A stretch of 64,000 nucleotides of DNA from a virus: the IMG/VR virus record IMGVR_UViG_3300025466_000015. One strand, 5' to 3'. Made by a program: the position numbers and the translations under genes. How positions within the stretch are numbered: position 1 is the first letter of the stretch; each line of letters opens with the position of its first letter. Shown piece by piece: positions 1 to 8,127 of the stretch. The notes beneath the pieces are model-generated. The model had not been told where the DNA came from and ran no database searches. It worked only from the letters and a program-made list of their open reading frames with translations.

Positions 1-2
1 GA

Positions 3-236
3 GTGGGACCTATGAGCCATATGAAGGACATAGCCTTTAGACTGGAAGAGCTTGAGAATGGAATTGCTGACAATAGCTGGTCGGTAGATATGGTAGTTGC
101 TGAGATAAACTGCTTGATGGACCTTGGGCTTCACTCTGAGATGGAAAGAGCATTCAACCGTGGTATCACCCGCTGGTATAGTGCAGGTATGCCTAAAGGT
201 ACCGCTGAGGTAGCCTCTGAGATGGCTCTGAGGTAA
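3..236 (+). CDS. hypothetical protein, possibly 5' truncated
   Basis: ORF at the window edge; its 3' end runs into the GAGGT motif array. Confidence 0.35.
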   Translation: MGPMSHMKDIAFRLEELENGIADNSWSVDMVVAEINCLMDLGLHSEMERAFNRGITRWYSAGMPKGTAEVASEMALR

Positions 237-517
237 CGCTGAGGTAAAAAACTTGAGGTAGCTCTGAGGTGCATTGAGGTGCAACATTGAGGTAAAAACC
301 GTGGGGATTCTGAGGTAAAAACATTCGGAAATGCTCAGGTAAAATCTCGGCCACAGTCTAAGTGAGAATGATTATCATTTACTTTGGTATATCAGCGAGG
401 TATCCAACGATATTTCCTGCTGATTTTCTGAGGTTCCTTGATATTTCCTGCTGAGGTATCGTATTTTGGCACAATGAGGTAAAACTGAGAGGTAAACTCT
501 GAGGTAGCGTAGAGGTA
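204..517 (+). repeat. strand-biased array of (CT)GAGGT(A) motifs
   Basis: About 15 GAGGT copies in about 315 bp, all on + strand with irregular spacing; also a direct repeat GATATTTCCTGCTGA at 409-423 and 440-454. Confidence 0.85.
363..377. promoter_or_regulatory. putative Fur box
   Basis: TGAGAAT-G-ATTATCA has one mismatch to the 7-1-7 Fur consensus TGATAATnATTATCA; 364-382 matches 15/19 of GATAATGATAATCATTATC. Confidence 0.55.
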
Positions 518-607
518 AACCCAATAAAATATTGGCTTTTCCTGTATAGTACCGACTAACGTAGGTATCATTCTATTCTTAATATAAGATGCAAGAGGTA
601 ACATAAA

Positions 608-802
608 ATGGCAATATTCAAGGTAAGCAAGGTTCGTATTTCTAATTATGAGCCTGAGGTATCAATTATTCTAGACTATGACGAACTGGAGCGGATATTC
701 ATAGCATTAGATGAGCAGGTAGCGATTGATGCTGAGGGTAACATGGTTTCCGTTGATAATATGTCCCTGATGGCCAAGTTGTCTCTTTTGGACAACGAAT
801 AG
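608..802 (+). CDS. hypothetical protein
   Basis: ORF with upstream GAGG Shine-Dalgarno-like motif. Confidence 0.55.
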   Translation: MAIFKVSKVRISNYEPEVSIILDYDELERIFIALDEQVAIDAEGNMVSVDNMSLMAKLSLLDNE

Positions 803-826
803 TCTACCGGTTTGGTCGGGTATTAC

Positions 827-854
827 TTGACAAACCGAGGTAAGCCTGTATAAT
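827..854 (+). promoter_or_regulatory. sigma70-type early promoter
   Basis: TTGACA (827-832), 16 nt, TATAAT (849-854). Confidence 0.75.
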
Positions 855-881
855 TGTATTTTTAGTTGATAAGGAAAGAAA

Positions 882-1097
882 ATGAAGTTACCCTTTAAGT
901 GTATGGTTTTGGATAAAGAGCCTGTTCTGGTCTCTAATCCTTTTTCTGGTGAATCTTGTCTATTGACACCTGAGGCAGTTGCGGTGTATGATATGATTAA
1001 AGGTTCTGAGATGTTTGGCGACTATAAGACTGTTCGTAAAGGACTGGACTGGTTTGCTGAGAATTTTCCCTCTGAGTATATGACTTTATTGGATTGA
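882..1097 (+). CDS. hypothetical phage protein
   Basis: ORF with AAGGA SD, directly after promoter. Confidence 0.75.
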   Translation: MKLPFKCMVLDKEPVLVSNPFSGESCLLTPEAVAVYDMIKGSEMFGDYKTVRKGLDWFAENFPSEYMTLLD

Positions 1098-1309
1098 TGA
1101 TGAATAAAAATGTAGCAAAATTGTTTGTCAAGGCTGGTGGTTCTATTGAGGCCATGGAGAGTGGTGATAGTTACCTGACCTATTGTGATGATGGTTTTGA
1201 TCCTGAGTTGTTTGCTGAGTTGATTATTCGTAATTGTGCTCATGTATGTTTGGAAGCAAATGATTATGAGCGTATTTTGAATCTTTTTGAAATTGGAGTG
1301 AAAGTATGA
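1094..1309 (+). CDS. hypothetical protein, divergent member of the FAELIVREC family
   Basis: ELFAELIIRNCA resembles EKFAELIVRECA of ORFs at 2732-3380; overlaps previous stop. Confidence 0.7.
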   Translation: MMMNKNVAKLFVKAGGSIEAMESGDSYLTYCDDGFDPELFAELIIRNCAHVCLEANDYERILNLFEIGVKV

Positions 1310-1503
1310 GTTTAGGTGTTTTTCCCATTTCTGAGTTAGATTCTTTTCGTAAGCGTATGGCTCGTGAAGGCAAGTATTATAGAATCCGTTATCGTGGTCC
1401 TCGTAATACAGTATTGGATCGTGGTCGGTCTCCTATGAGTAGAGCATCTAGCTGTCTGAAAGCCAATGCCGTTAAGTTTGCTGTTTACAATTATTATTAT
1501 TGA
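1306..1503 (+). CDS. hypothetical basic protein
   Basis: GGAG SD, ATGA coupling. Confidence 0.65.
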   Translation: MSLGVFPISELDSFRKRMAREGKYYRIRYRGPRNTVLDRGRSPMSRASSCLKANAVKFAVYNYYY

Positions 1504-1510
1504 TGGAGTT

Positions 1511-1732
1511 ATGATGAAAAGAGATGAAATATTGGCAAAATTGTATGGCATTCAAAATGAATTGTCCATGATATATGACTATGCTAATGAGGCGAGAGAT
1601 AGTGAGTTGATGGAGCAAATTAACAATGCTGAGGTTTCTATTGAAGAAGCATTGGATGGTTTGTACATTGCCGACCGTGATTACCAACCTGATGAAGCAC
1701 AGGAATGGCATGATTTTGATCCCGAGTGTTAA
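1511..1732 (+). CDS. hypothetical acidic protein
   Basis: GGAG before ATG ATG at 1511 (start moved from 1466); ends EAQEWHDFDPEC. Confidence 0.65.
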   Translation: MMKRDEILAKLYGIQNELSMIYDYANEARDSELMEQINNAEVSIEEALDGLYIADRDYQPDEAQEWHDFDPEC

Positions 1733-1750
1733 TTTTAATAGGAGTTTAAG

Positions 1751-1891
1751 ATGAGTAAAACTGAAGCAGACTTTGTATTTTTTGATTATGTACACCTGAG
1801 GATATTGTCTTTGGATGAAAAATCCACGGATAATGTAACGGTGTTGTTGGAAATATACAACAAAGTGAAAGAAGATTTGTATGGGGCTTGA
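1751..1891 (+). CDS. small hypothetical protein (46 aa, not in ORF track)
   Basis: AGGAG SD then MSKTEADFVFFDYVHLRILSLDEKSTDNVTVLLEIYNKVKEDLYGA*. Confidence 0.55.
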   Translation: MSKTEADFVFFDYVHLRILSLDEKSTDNVTVLLEIYNKVKEDLYGA

Positions 1892-1915
1892 CAGGACCCT
1901 AGGAACCTGTATAAT
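1888..1915 (+). promoter_or_regulatory. sigma70-type early promoter
   Basis: TTGACA-16 nt-TATAAT; shares CCTGTATAATTGT with the promoter at 827. Confidence 0.75.
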
Positions 1916-1950
1916 TGTGTTTATCTTATTTAAATCAAGGAGTTTTTATT

Positions 1951-2295
1951 ATGTCTAATTTGTCTAACCATTCTGATTCTATCATGGCTTCTGTAGCCAA
2001 TTCATTGATGGCTGGTGTAAAATCACCAACTGCCACAACCGTTAAGACTGCCAAAGTGTCTACACCCAAAGCACCTGCAGCTCCCAAACCTGTTAAAGTG
2101 GCCAAAGTGGCAACTAACAAGCCAAGCAAGATTGTTCACCCCGATGGCACCGTGTTCTTCCGTACAGACCGTAACAAGTGGATTGCTATGGCCAATGGCA
2201 AGCAAGAGGCAGCTCGTGATACTGCTGAGAAGTGTGTACAATTCATTAACAAGAAATATCCTGGTTTGACAGCCAACATTTTACCCAAGGAGTAA
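1951..2295 (+). CDS. hypothetical Lys/Ala/Pro-rich basic protein
   Basis: AAGGAG SD before ATG 1951; low-complexity basic middle segment. Confidence 0.7.
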   Translation: MSNLSNHSDSIMASVANSLMAGVKSPTATTVKTAKVSTPKAPAAPKPVKVAKVATNKPSKIVHPDGTVFFRTDRNKWIAMANGKQEAARDTAEKCVQFINKKYPGLTANILPKE

Positions 2296-2298
2296 TTG

Positions 2299-2565
2299 AT
2301 GCGTACTAAGAGACTAATTCCGTATTTCAACAACAGCCAAAAAGTCCGTGTTATTGTAGACGGAGTTGGTATCTACATGACCGTTGGTCAGGTTGAAAAC
2401 TTGTTTGCCACGACCGGTCACCAAGTTGCAGTATGGAGAGCATTGGAAATCCTTGGTCTTGACAGACTGAAGAATCCGGAAATAACAGGTCTTGGCACCT
2501 CTGTTAAAATATATGACAATGCCATTCATTCAAAAACCATTCCTGTTCAGGTGGATCTATTATGA
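2299..2565 (+). CDS. hypothetical protein
   Basis: AAGGAG SD before ATG 2299. Confidence 0.65.
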   Translation: MRTKRLIPYFNNSQKVRVIVDGVGIYMTVGQVENLFATTGHQVAVWRALEILGLDRLKNPEITGLGTSVKIYDNAIHSKTIPVQVDLL

Positions 2566-2729
2566 TTTTAAAAGAATTTTTATTTTTTATATCAATGGTG
2601 TTAATTGCTATTGGTCTAGCTTTGATTACCACACCAGAATACACCTGCGTTAATGGCAAAAGGTACGAAGTGACCAAAGGTATGTTGATCTCAACTGGTC
2701 AAGAATGTTTACCTATTGATAAGGACTAA
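2562..2729 (+). CDS. small membrane protein (55 aa, not in ORF track)
   Basis: MILKEFLFFISMVLIAIGLALITTPEYTC...; overlaps previous stop, fills the gap. Confidence 0.5.
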   Translation: MILKEFLFFISMVLIAIGLALITTPEYTCVNGKRYEVTKGMLISTGQECLPIDKD

Positions 2730-2731
2730 AA

Positions 2732-2989
2732 ATGACAGGTTTTAATTCTAAGAAAGCCATGGCCAATGATAGAATGGCCGAATTGATTAAAGAAGCCACA
2801 GCTCTGGCATGGGTTGACCGTGTTGCTCGTGGTCCTGTGCCAATGTATGCGGAAGAGCATATGATTAAATTGGCCGAGTTGATTGTTCGGGAATGTGCTG
2901 AATTTGCTAACGAACATAATACAGAGTCCGAAGGTGTCACTCTTGGTATAGGCAAGGCGATTAAAGAACATTTCGGAGTTGAAGAATGA
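2732..2989 (+). CDS. FAELIVREC-family small protein, copy 1
   Basis: KLAELIVRECA ... KEHFGVEE. Confidence 0.75.
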   Translation: MTGFNSKKAMANDRMAELIKEATALAWVDRVARGPVPMYAEEHMIKLAELIVRECAEFANEHNTESEGVTLGIGKAIKEHFGVEE

Positions 2990-3189
2990 ACGAACGAATT
3001 AGACAACTGGCTGAACAGGCTGGTGCTTCGATGTTACACGGAGGAGAACTATCATTCTTTGGTAATACCTCTATTGAAAAGTTCGCCGAGTTGATTGTGA
3101 GAGAATGTGCTGATATTGCAACAATCAATTCACACCAATGGCACTCTGCTGGCAGATTTGTACTAACACATTTCGGAGTTGAAGAATGA
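2986..3189 (+). CDS. FAELIVREC-family small protein, copy 2
   Basis: MNERIR ... EKFAELIVRECA ... HFGVEE; ATGA coupled. Confidence 0.8.
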   Translation: MNERIRQLAEQAGASMLHGGELSFFGNTSIEKFAELIVRECADIATINSHQWHSAGRFVLTHFGVEE

Positions 3190-3380
3190 ACGAACGAATT
3201 CGAGAACTTGTTAAGCAAGCCACTACTATCGAAGAACATAAGTGGGGAGTAAGTTATGATAATTTCAATAAAGAAAAGTTCGCCGAGTTGATTGTGAGAG
3301 AATGTATGTCATATATGGAAGATGGTGATATTGACTTTGCCAAGTTTATGATTAAACAACATTTCGGAGTTGAAGAATGA
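3186..3380 (+). CDS. FAELIVREC-family small protein, copy 3
   Basis: MNERIR ... EKFAELIVRECM ... HFGVEE; ATGA coupled. Confidence 0.8.
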   Translation: MNERIRELVKQATTIEEHKWGVSYDNFNKEKFAELIVRECMSYMEDGDIDFAKFMIKQHFGVEE

Positions 3381-3571
3381 CACCTAAATTTTTACAACTA
3401 CTTGAAAAATGCATTCTTGACGGAGTTATTCTTGGACATACAAGAGCGTACAAACACACCGATAGTCCAAGTGAATCGGATATTAACCAATCAATTGTGA
3501 ATGAAGTGTTCAACGAAATACATGAATGGTTTGATTTTGATGAACAAGGCTTTAAAGGAGCAAAAGAATGA
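3377..3571 (+). CDS. hypothetical protein
   Basis: ATGA-coupled ORF using the repeated GGAG junction. Confidence 0.7.
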   Translation: MTPKFLQLLEKCILDGVILGHTRAYKHTDSPSESDINQSIVNEVFNEIHEWFDFDEQGFKGAKE

Positions 3572-3774
3572 AACCGTATTATCTAATGAAAGAAACCACT
3601 AAATGGGGTTCGTACAATGTTGGCAATGGTTTTTATATCTTTAAAGATAAACCAACCAACAAGAGAATAAACAAAGCTTTTGGTTATGTCACACCAAAAG
3701 GTGATGAATTGAAGTGGTTTACATTACCTTTGGATATTGATTTCAAAGGCCGTAAGTTTGAAGAAGTTTTGTAA
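3568..3774 (+). CDS. hypothetical protein
   Basis: AGGAG SD, ATGA coupling. Confidence 0.7.
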   Translation: MKPYYLMKETTKWGSYNVGNGFYIFKDKPTNKRINKAFGYVTPKGDELKWFTLPLDIDFKGRKFEEVL

Positions 3775-3792
3775 TAACAGGAGAATAAAAGA

Positions 3793-4089
3793 ATGATAAA
3801 CACCACACATAATTTGAAGATTGTTAATATAACCGATTTTGCACCGAATACACCGCCTGCAAGTAATATATTTTTAGCGTATCAGATAGCACAAGGCTCA
3901 AATCCAGGTTCTGCCATTTTAATCAATACGCCATATTACTATCCATCCTCAACTGCTACTTTTGAGAGTGTGCTAAAACCGCCAGTTCAGCCGGTTTATG
4001 ATGCTAATTATGCTATGTTAGTTGGCACCAATCCATTAGGAGCGATCCTTGGGTATAACGCCCCACTTCTTAATCCTATACATTCATAA
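3793..4089 (+). CDS. hypothetical protein
   Basis: AGGAG SD. Confidence 0.6.
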   Translation: MINTTHNLKIVNITDFAPNTPPASNIFLAYQIAQGSNPGSAILINTPYYYPSSTATFESVLKPPVQPVYDANYAMLVGTNPLGAILGYNAPLLNPIHS

Positions 4090-4263
4090 AATGAGTACTT
4101 TAGTTATATTGATTGAATTACTGGTTGAATTCAGTCTAAAGTGACGTATTTTGAGCCTCTGGATGCGCTTTGGAGCGCTTTCCAGAGCCATTTTGATACT
4201 AGGACCTACCCTACCCTGACCCTATAATACTTGACCGGACTGCTGTAATACTTTTTACTACGG

Positions 4264-4291
4264 TTGACAACCACACCAGTCCTGTTATAAT
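4264..4291 (+). promoter_or_regulatory. sigma70-type promoter
   Basis: TTGACA-16 nt-TATAAT with TGn extension. Confidence 0.75.
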
Positions 4292-4351
4292 TCTTTTATT
4301 GATTCAGTAATTCTTACTGTTCTTTTTAAGTCTTATTTAACAGGAGTTTTT

Positions 4352-5173
4352 ATGCCAAGAGGTGTTCCAAATGCTGGTTTCCGTAGAACCAAAAACCAAA
4401 AAAACGGTCCAGTTACCACAACCAAGTATCTGAAGCCAACTGTTACATTTCAACCAACAGTTGATGCGCCAAAATGCCCCTTTTCAGTAGTTGAGCGTTT
4501 TGATTTTATTACCAAATTCGTCAAATTGCTTGCCAAAGGCACAATCAATTCTTTTGTGTTGACAGGTTCTGGCGGTATTGGTAAAACCACAACCGTGATT
4601 CAAACGCTCAATTCGCTCGGATTGCGTGAAGATATGCCTGAGCAACCTGCTGGTGACTTCATGGTTATCCGTGGCTTCTCTACACCAAAAGCTCTGTATG
4701 AAACACTATTCGAATTCAAGGATAAGATTCTTATTCTAGATGACGCTGACCAAGTGTTCCGTGATCCTTTGGGTTCCAATTTGCTCAAAGCGGCACTTGA
4801 CGATAAAAAAGTCCGTGTTATCAATTGGAATACATCCAGAGAAGACGCCGATGTACCATCAAGGTTCACATATACAGGCAAGATTATTTTTATCTCCAAC
4901 CTGTCCATCGCTCAATTCCCACAAGCTATTATCAGCCGTTCACAAAAGGTTGACTTGACGCTGAATATTGAGGAAAAAGTTGATATCATTACCGAGGTTT
5001 TCAAACACGTTGACAAACCTGCCAAAGTAAAAGCTGATGTATTGGCTTTTGTGAAAAAACACGCCAAGAAAGCCAACGATTTGAATATTCGTTCCGCTAT
5101 GAATTTATTTCCTTTAATCGAGGACTTTGGTTCCGATTGGGAAAGAATTGCAGAATACAGTTTTTGTAGTTAA
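4352..5173 (+). CDS. P-loop AAA-type ATPase
   Basis: Walker A GSGGIGKT, Walker B ILILDD, IIFISN sensor-like motif. Confidence 0.8.
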   Translation: MPRGVPNAGFRRTKNQKNGPVTTTKYLKPTVTFQPTVDAPKCPFSVVERFDFITKFVKLLAKGTINSFVLTGSGGIGKTTTVIQTLNSLGLREDMPEQPAGDFMVIRGFSTPKALYETLFEFKDKILILDDADQVFRDPLGSNLLKAALDDKKVRVINWNTSREDADVPSRFTYTGKIIFISNLSIAQFPQAIISRSQKVDLTLNIEEKVDIITEVFKHVDKPAKVKADVLAFVKKHAKKANDLNIRSAMNLFPLIEDFGSDWERIAEYSFCS

Positions 5174-5196
5174 AATACAACACACCAAGGATATGC

Positions 5197-5224
5197 TTGC
5201 CATATCCTCTGGTTCTGGTATAAT
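5197..5224 (+). promoter_or_regulatory. sigma70-type promoter
   Basis: TTGCCA-16 nt-TATAAT with TGn extension. Confidence 0.65.
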
Positions 5225-5251
5225 AGAGTCATAATTTAACAGGAGTAAAAC

Positions 5252-5632
5252 ATGGGTTTAGATATGTACGCATGGCGTGTTAAGGCAGAGAATGCCGTTG
5301 GTGATTTTGATTTTAATGGCAACGATGAAAACAAACCAATAGAATTGTTCTATTGGCGCAAACATCACGACCTACATGGTTGGATGGAAAACCTTTATGC
5401 AAGTAAAGGCGGTGACCACGAATTCAATTGTATTCCTGTTCGTCTTACATTAGAGGACTTGGACAATTTGGAAAAAGATATAAGAAGCAAAATGTTGCCA
5501 GAAACTAGAGGTTTCTTTTTTGGTGATAATCCTCCTGATGAGGAATCTAATCTTAGAGATTTGGATTTTATTGAAGAAGCCAGAGATGCAATCGAAGCTG
5601 GTGATGCTGTTTATTATGATTCATGGTGGTAA
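5252..5632 (+). CDS. conserved phage hypothetical protein (MGLDMY ... YWRK ... YYDSWW type)
   Basis: Recognisable phage family motifs; AGGAG SD. Confidence 0.75.
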   Translation: MGLDMYAWRVKAENAVGDFDFNGNDENKPIELFYWRKHHDLHGWMENLYASKGGDHEFNCIPVRLTLEDLDNLEKDIRSKMLPETRGFFFGDNPPDEESNLRDLDFIEEARDAIEAGDAVYYDSWW

Positions 5633-5633
5633 T

Positions 5634-5870
5634 ATGAAAAAATTTATGTTCATTGGTAAATACTGGATACCATTCCCATCCTCGGAATACGGAGGTTCTT
5701 GGTCTGTTATTGCCGCAGATAAGAGTGAGGTAGCGACCTTGCTAAGAACGCAGGTAACAGATTCCTACACCCAATATGATGACAATATGTTGGAATCTAT
5801 TGAGAAAGCCAAATACTTTGAATTGGCTTGTGAACCAAAATCCATGGTTGTTGATACGTTCTTTACCTAA
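5634..5870 (+). CDS. hypothetical protein
   Basis: ATG right after previous stop (start moved from 5520); PFPSSEYGG motif. Confidence 0.65.
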   Translation: MKKFMFIGKYWIPFPSSEYGGSWSVIAADKSEVATLLRTQVTDSYTQYDDNMLESIEKAKYFELACEPKSMVVDTFFT

Positions 5871-5878
5871 AAATGTGC

Positions 5879-5908
5879 TTGCCAACCACCAGCTGGTTGG
5901 TATATAAT
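5879..5908 (+). promoter_or_regulatory. sigma70-type promoter
   Basis: TTGCCA followed by TATATAAT. Confidence 0.5.
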
Positions 5909-5944
5909 CTCGGTGTCCCCCCTTAAAATTGATTGGAGTTTGTT

Positions 5945-7096
5945 ATGACGTTTAATAAGAATGCTAAAGCTTTTATCTTAGCAGCTGAAGAAAAATTCGG
6001 TATCTCTGCCATTATCACCAGAGACGATATCAACCGAGTTGTACATGAAACTGGTGTACCATATCCCTATTGGTTGGTATCCAAAGCAGAGTATCGTGCT
6101 GGCCACGGTAAATATTCTGTACCAGATATTGGTTCTAAACCTATTGCTGTTGTTGAACCTGAACCTGAACTAGAGGTTGCTCTAATGAATTCTACTATAT
6201 TGAGACAACCAAAACTATTGGATGAATCCGATCCATCCATTCCTGATGTATACGCTGACTATGTACCATTTGGTTTCTACCATGATTTGGTCCGTATTGT
6301 AAAATCTAAAATGTATTATCCCGTGTTTGTAACTGGCCTATCAGGCAATGGTAAGACCTTGATGGTTGAGCAGACTTGTGCCAGTTTGAAACGTGAATGT
6401 ATCCGTGTAAATATCTCTATTGAAACCGATGAGTCTGACCTATTGGGTGGTCCTACATTGGTGAATGGCTCTGTTGTGAATCGTGATGGTCCTGTTTTGA
6501 TTGCTATGAAACGTGGTGCCATTCTATTGATTGATGAGATTGACCGTGGTTCTAATAAACTAATGTGCTTACAAGGTATTCTTGAAGGCAAACCATATTA
6601 CAATAAGAAAACTGGCGAGTTGGTCAAACCTGCTCCTGGTTTCAATGTTGTTGCTACTGCCAATACAAAAGGTCGTGGCTCTGAAGAAGGTCGCTTTCTA
6701 TCCCAAATTCTTGATGATGCCTTCTTAGAGAGATTCCCAATTACAGTTGAACAGGAATATCCTGATGCCAAAACAGAGGCAAAGATTCTAATGCCTTTGA
6801 TTGAAGATAAAGAATTTGTAAAGTGTCTTGTCAAATGGGCTGATGTAGTTCGCCAATCGTTTGACCAAGGCGCTACTGATGAGATTATATCTACACGCCG
6901 TCTAGTTCATATTGCTAAGGCGTTTAACATATTTGGTGACCGTATGAGAGCAATTGAACTATGTGTCAATCGTTTTGATACAGAAACCAAGACAGCATTC
7001 TTAGACTTGTATTCTAAAGTGGATGCTGAAGTCAACGCACCTGTGGCCAATACTGTAACACCAACAGTTGCTACAAGTGATGAAGTACCATTCTAA
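5945..7096 (+). CDS. CobS/MoxR-like AAA+ ATPase
   Basis: Walker A GLSGNGKT, Walker B LLIDEID, VVATAN, AFLERF, STRRL; typical of T4-like phages. Confidence 0.88.
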   Translation: MTFNKNAKAFILAAEEKFGISAIITRDDINRVVHETGVPYPYWLVSKAEYRAGHGKYSVPDIGSKPIAVVEPEPELEVALMNSTILRQPKLLDESDPSIPDVYADYVPFGFYHDLVRIVKSKMYYPVFVTGLSGNGKTLMVEQTCASLKRECIRVNISIETDESDLLGGPTLVNGSVVNRDGPVLIAMKRGAILLIDEIDRGSNKLMCLQGILEGKPYYNKKTGELVKPAPGFNVVATANTKGRGSEEGRFLSQILDDAFLERFPITVEQEYPDAKTEAKILMPLIEDKEFVKCLVKWADVVRQSFDQGATDEIISTRRLVHIAKAFNIFGDRMRAIELCVNRFDTETKTAFLDLYSKVDAEVNAPVANTVTPTVATSDEVPF

Positions 7097-7115
7097 TTGA
7101 AAAGGAAATTATATT

Positions 7116-7436
7116 ATGAAAACTATTCGCAAAGGTAAAATTAACCGCCATGAAAAAATTACTATCTTGCTCTTATCGGGAAAGCCAGTATCACCACGGG
7201 AAATATTCCATGTGTTCGAAGGCACCGACCAAGAAAAAGTCTTATACAGACTATCCACCAACATCTATAACATCCGTAAAGATGGTGGGATTATTAGAGT
7301 CATTAAAGATGGACGAAAAGTATCTGCCTATCAGTTACTTAACCCCGAAGAATTCAACCTATATGGCCGTTATGTGGGTAAACCTGTAACACCAGTACCT
7401 GTTGAAGAAACTGAAGAAGAATTGGCTGAGGTATAA
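7116..7436 (+). CDS. hypothetical protein, possibly winged-helix DNA-binding
   Basis: SD present; basic; helix-helix-hairpin-like pattern (inference). Confidence 0.6.
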   Translation: MKTIRKGKINRHEKITILLLSGKPVSPREIFHVFEGTDQEKVLYRLSTNIYNIRKDGGIIRVIKDGRKVSAYQLLNPEEFNLYGRYVGKPVTPVPVEETEEELAEV

Positions 7437-7437
7437 C

Positions 7438-7671
7438 ATGATTAATTTTAATGTTAAAAGTGATACTAAAACAACTGAGGCTGTGCTCAAATTAATTTTA
7501 GTAATCTGTATTGTTTCTTTACAGACATTTATTATCTATTGGTGTTGGAATAATTTCTTTGTTGGTGCCATTGATGGTGTCAAAGAAATTGGTTTCTTTC
7601 AAGCAATGTTTATCAAAGTAATGATTTCTGCTCTAACTTCTAAAGATATTAATATGGAGTATAAAGCATGA
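7438..7671 (+). CDS. membrane protein
   Basis: Two hydrophobic segments; GAGGT SD before ATG 7438. Confidence 0.6.
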   Translation: MINFNVKSDTKTTEAVLKLILVICIVSLQTFIIYWCWNNFFVGAIDGVKEIGFFQAMFIKVMISALTSKDINMEYKA

Positions 7672-7892
7672 ACGAATGGGATCGTGACAATTTAGAATTC
7701 ATTAAAGGTTGTGATGAAGCTGAGTTTGATGACTGGATGGATCAAGCAACTAATGATGATATTCAATATGCTCTTGAGTTGATTAAGATGGGTAAACAAG
7801 AGTTAGCTGCCAGAGCATTTCTATTGGCTGAGGATTTAGAGATAAATGATTTCTCTGATGCTCGTTCTTTTATTGAGAGGATTAAAAAATGA
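7668..7892 (+). CDS. hypothetical acidic protein
   Basis: GGAG SD, ATGA coupling. Confidence 0.7.
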   Translation: MNEWDRDNLEFIKGCDEAEFDDWMDQATNDDIQYALELIKMGKQELAARAFLLAEDLEINDFSDARSFIERIKK

Positions 7893-8119
7893 GAACACTT
7901 ATATTATGTGGATTGTTATTGAGTTTGGTTGCTTGTGCAAGTAATCCAAAGTTAGAAGGTTTTGATAAACCTAAGGTTATATCACGCAATGAAGTAATCC
8001 AAAGTGCCAAGGATTGCATCAACGCCAAAATGAAACCTACGGTTCAGTACTTGCCACAGAAGACGGATAATGGTACAATCATGTTACCAGTTGAAGTTCA
8101 TTGTGATGTTTATAAGTAA
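7889..8119 (+). CDS. putative lipoprotein
   Basis: Signal peptide with lipobox LVAC. Confidence 0.7.
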   Translation: MRTLILCGLLLSLVACASNPKLEGFDKPKVISRNEVIQSAKDCINAKMKPTVQYLPQKTDNGTIMLPVEVHCDVYK

Positions 8120-8127
8120 GGTGTAAT

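Larger units (their letters stand above)
2968..3380 (+). repeat. interleaved exact direct repeats in the paralog array
   Basis: ACATTTCGGAGTTGAAGAATGA at 2968, 3168 and 3359 (33 bp identical for the first two); GAAAAGTTCGCCGAGTTGATTGTGAGAGAATGT at 3076-3108 and 3273-3305. Confidence 0.9.

Noticed and set aside
204-517. CRISPR array
   Set aside because: Motif is only 5-8 bp, spacing is irregular and no cas genes are visible
2968-3380. CRISPR mini-array or DGR template/variable repeat
   Set aside because: Repeats are in-frame coding with spacers of about 55-75 bp; no adenine-specific mismatches and no reverse transcriptase
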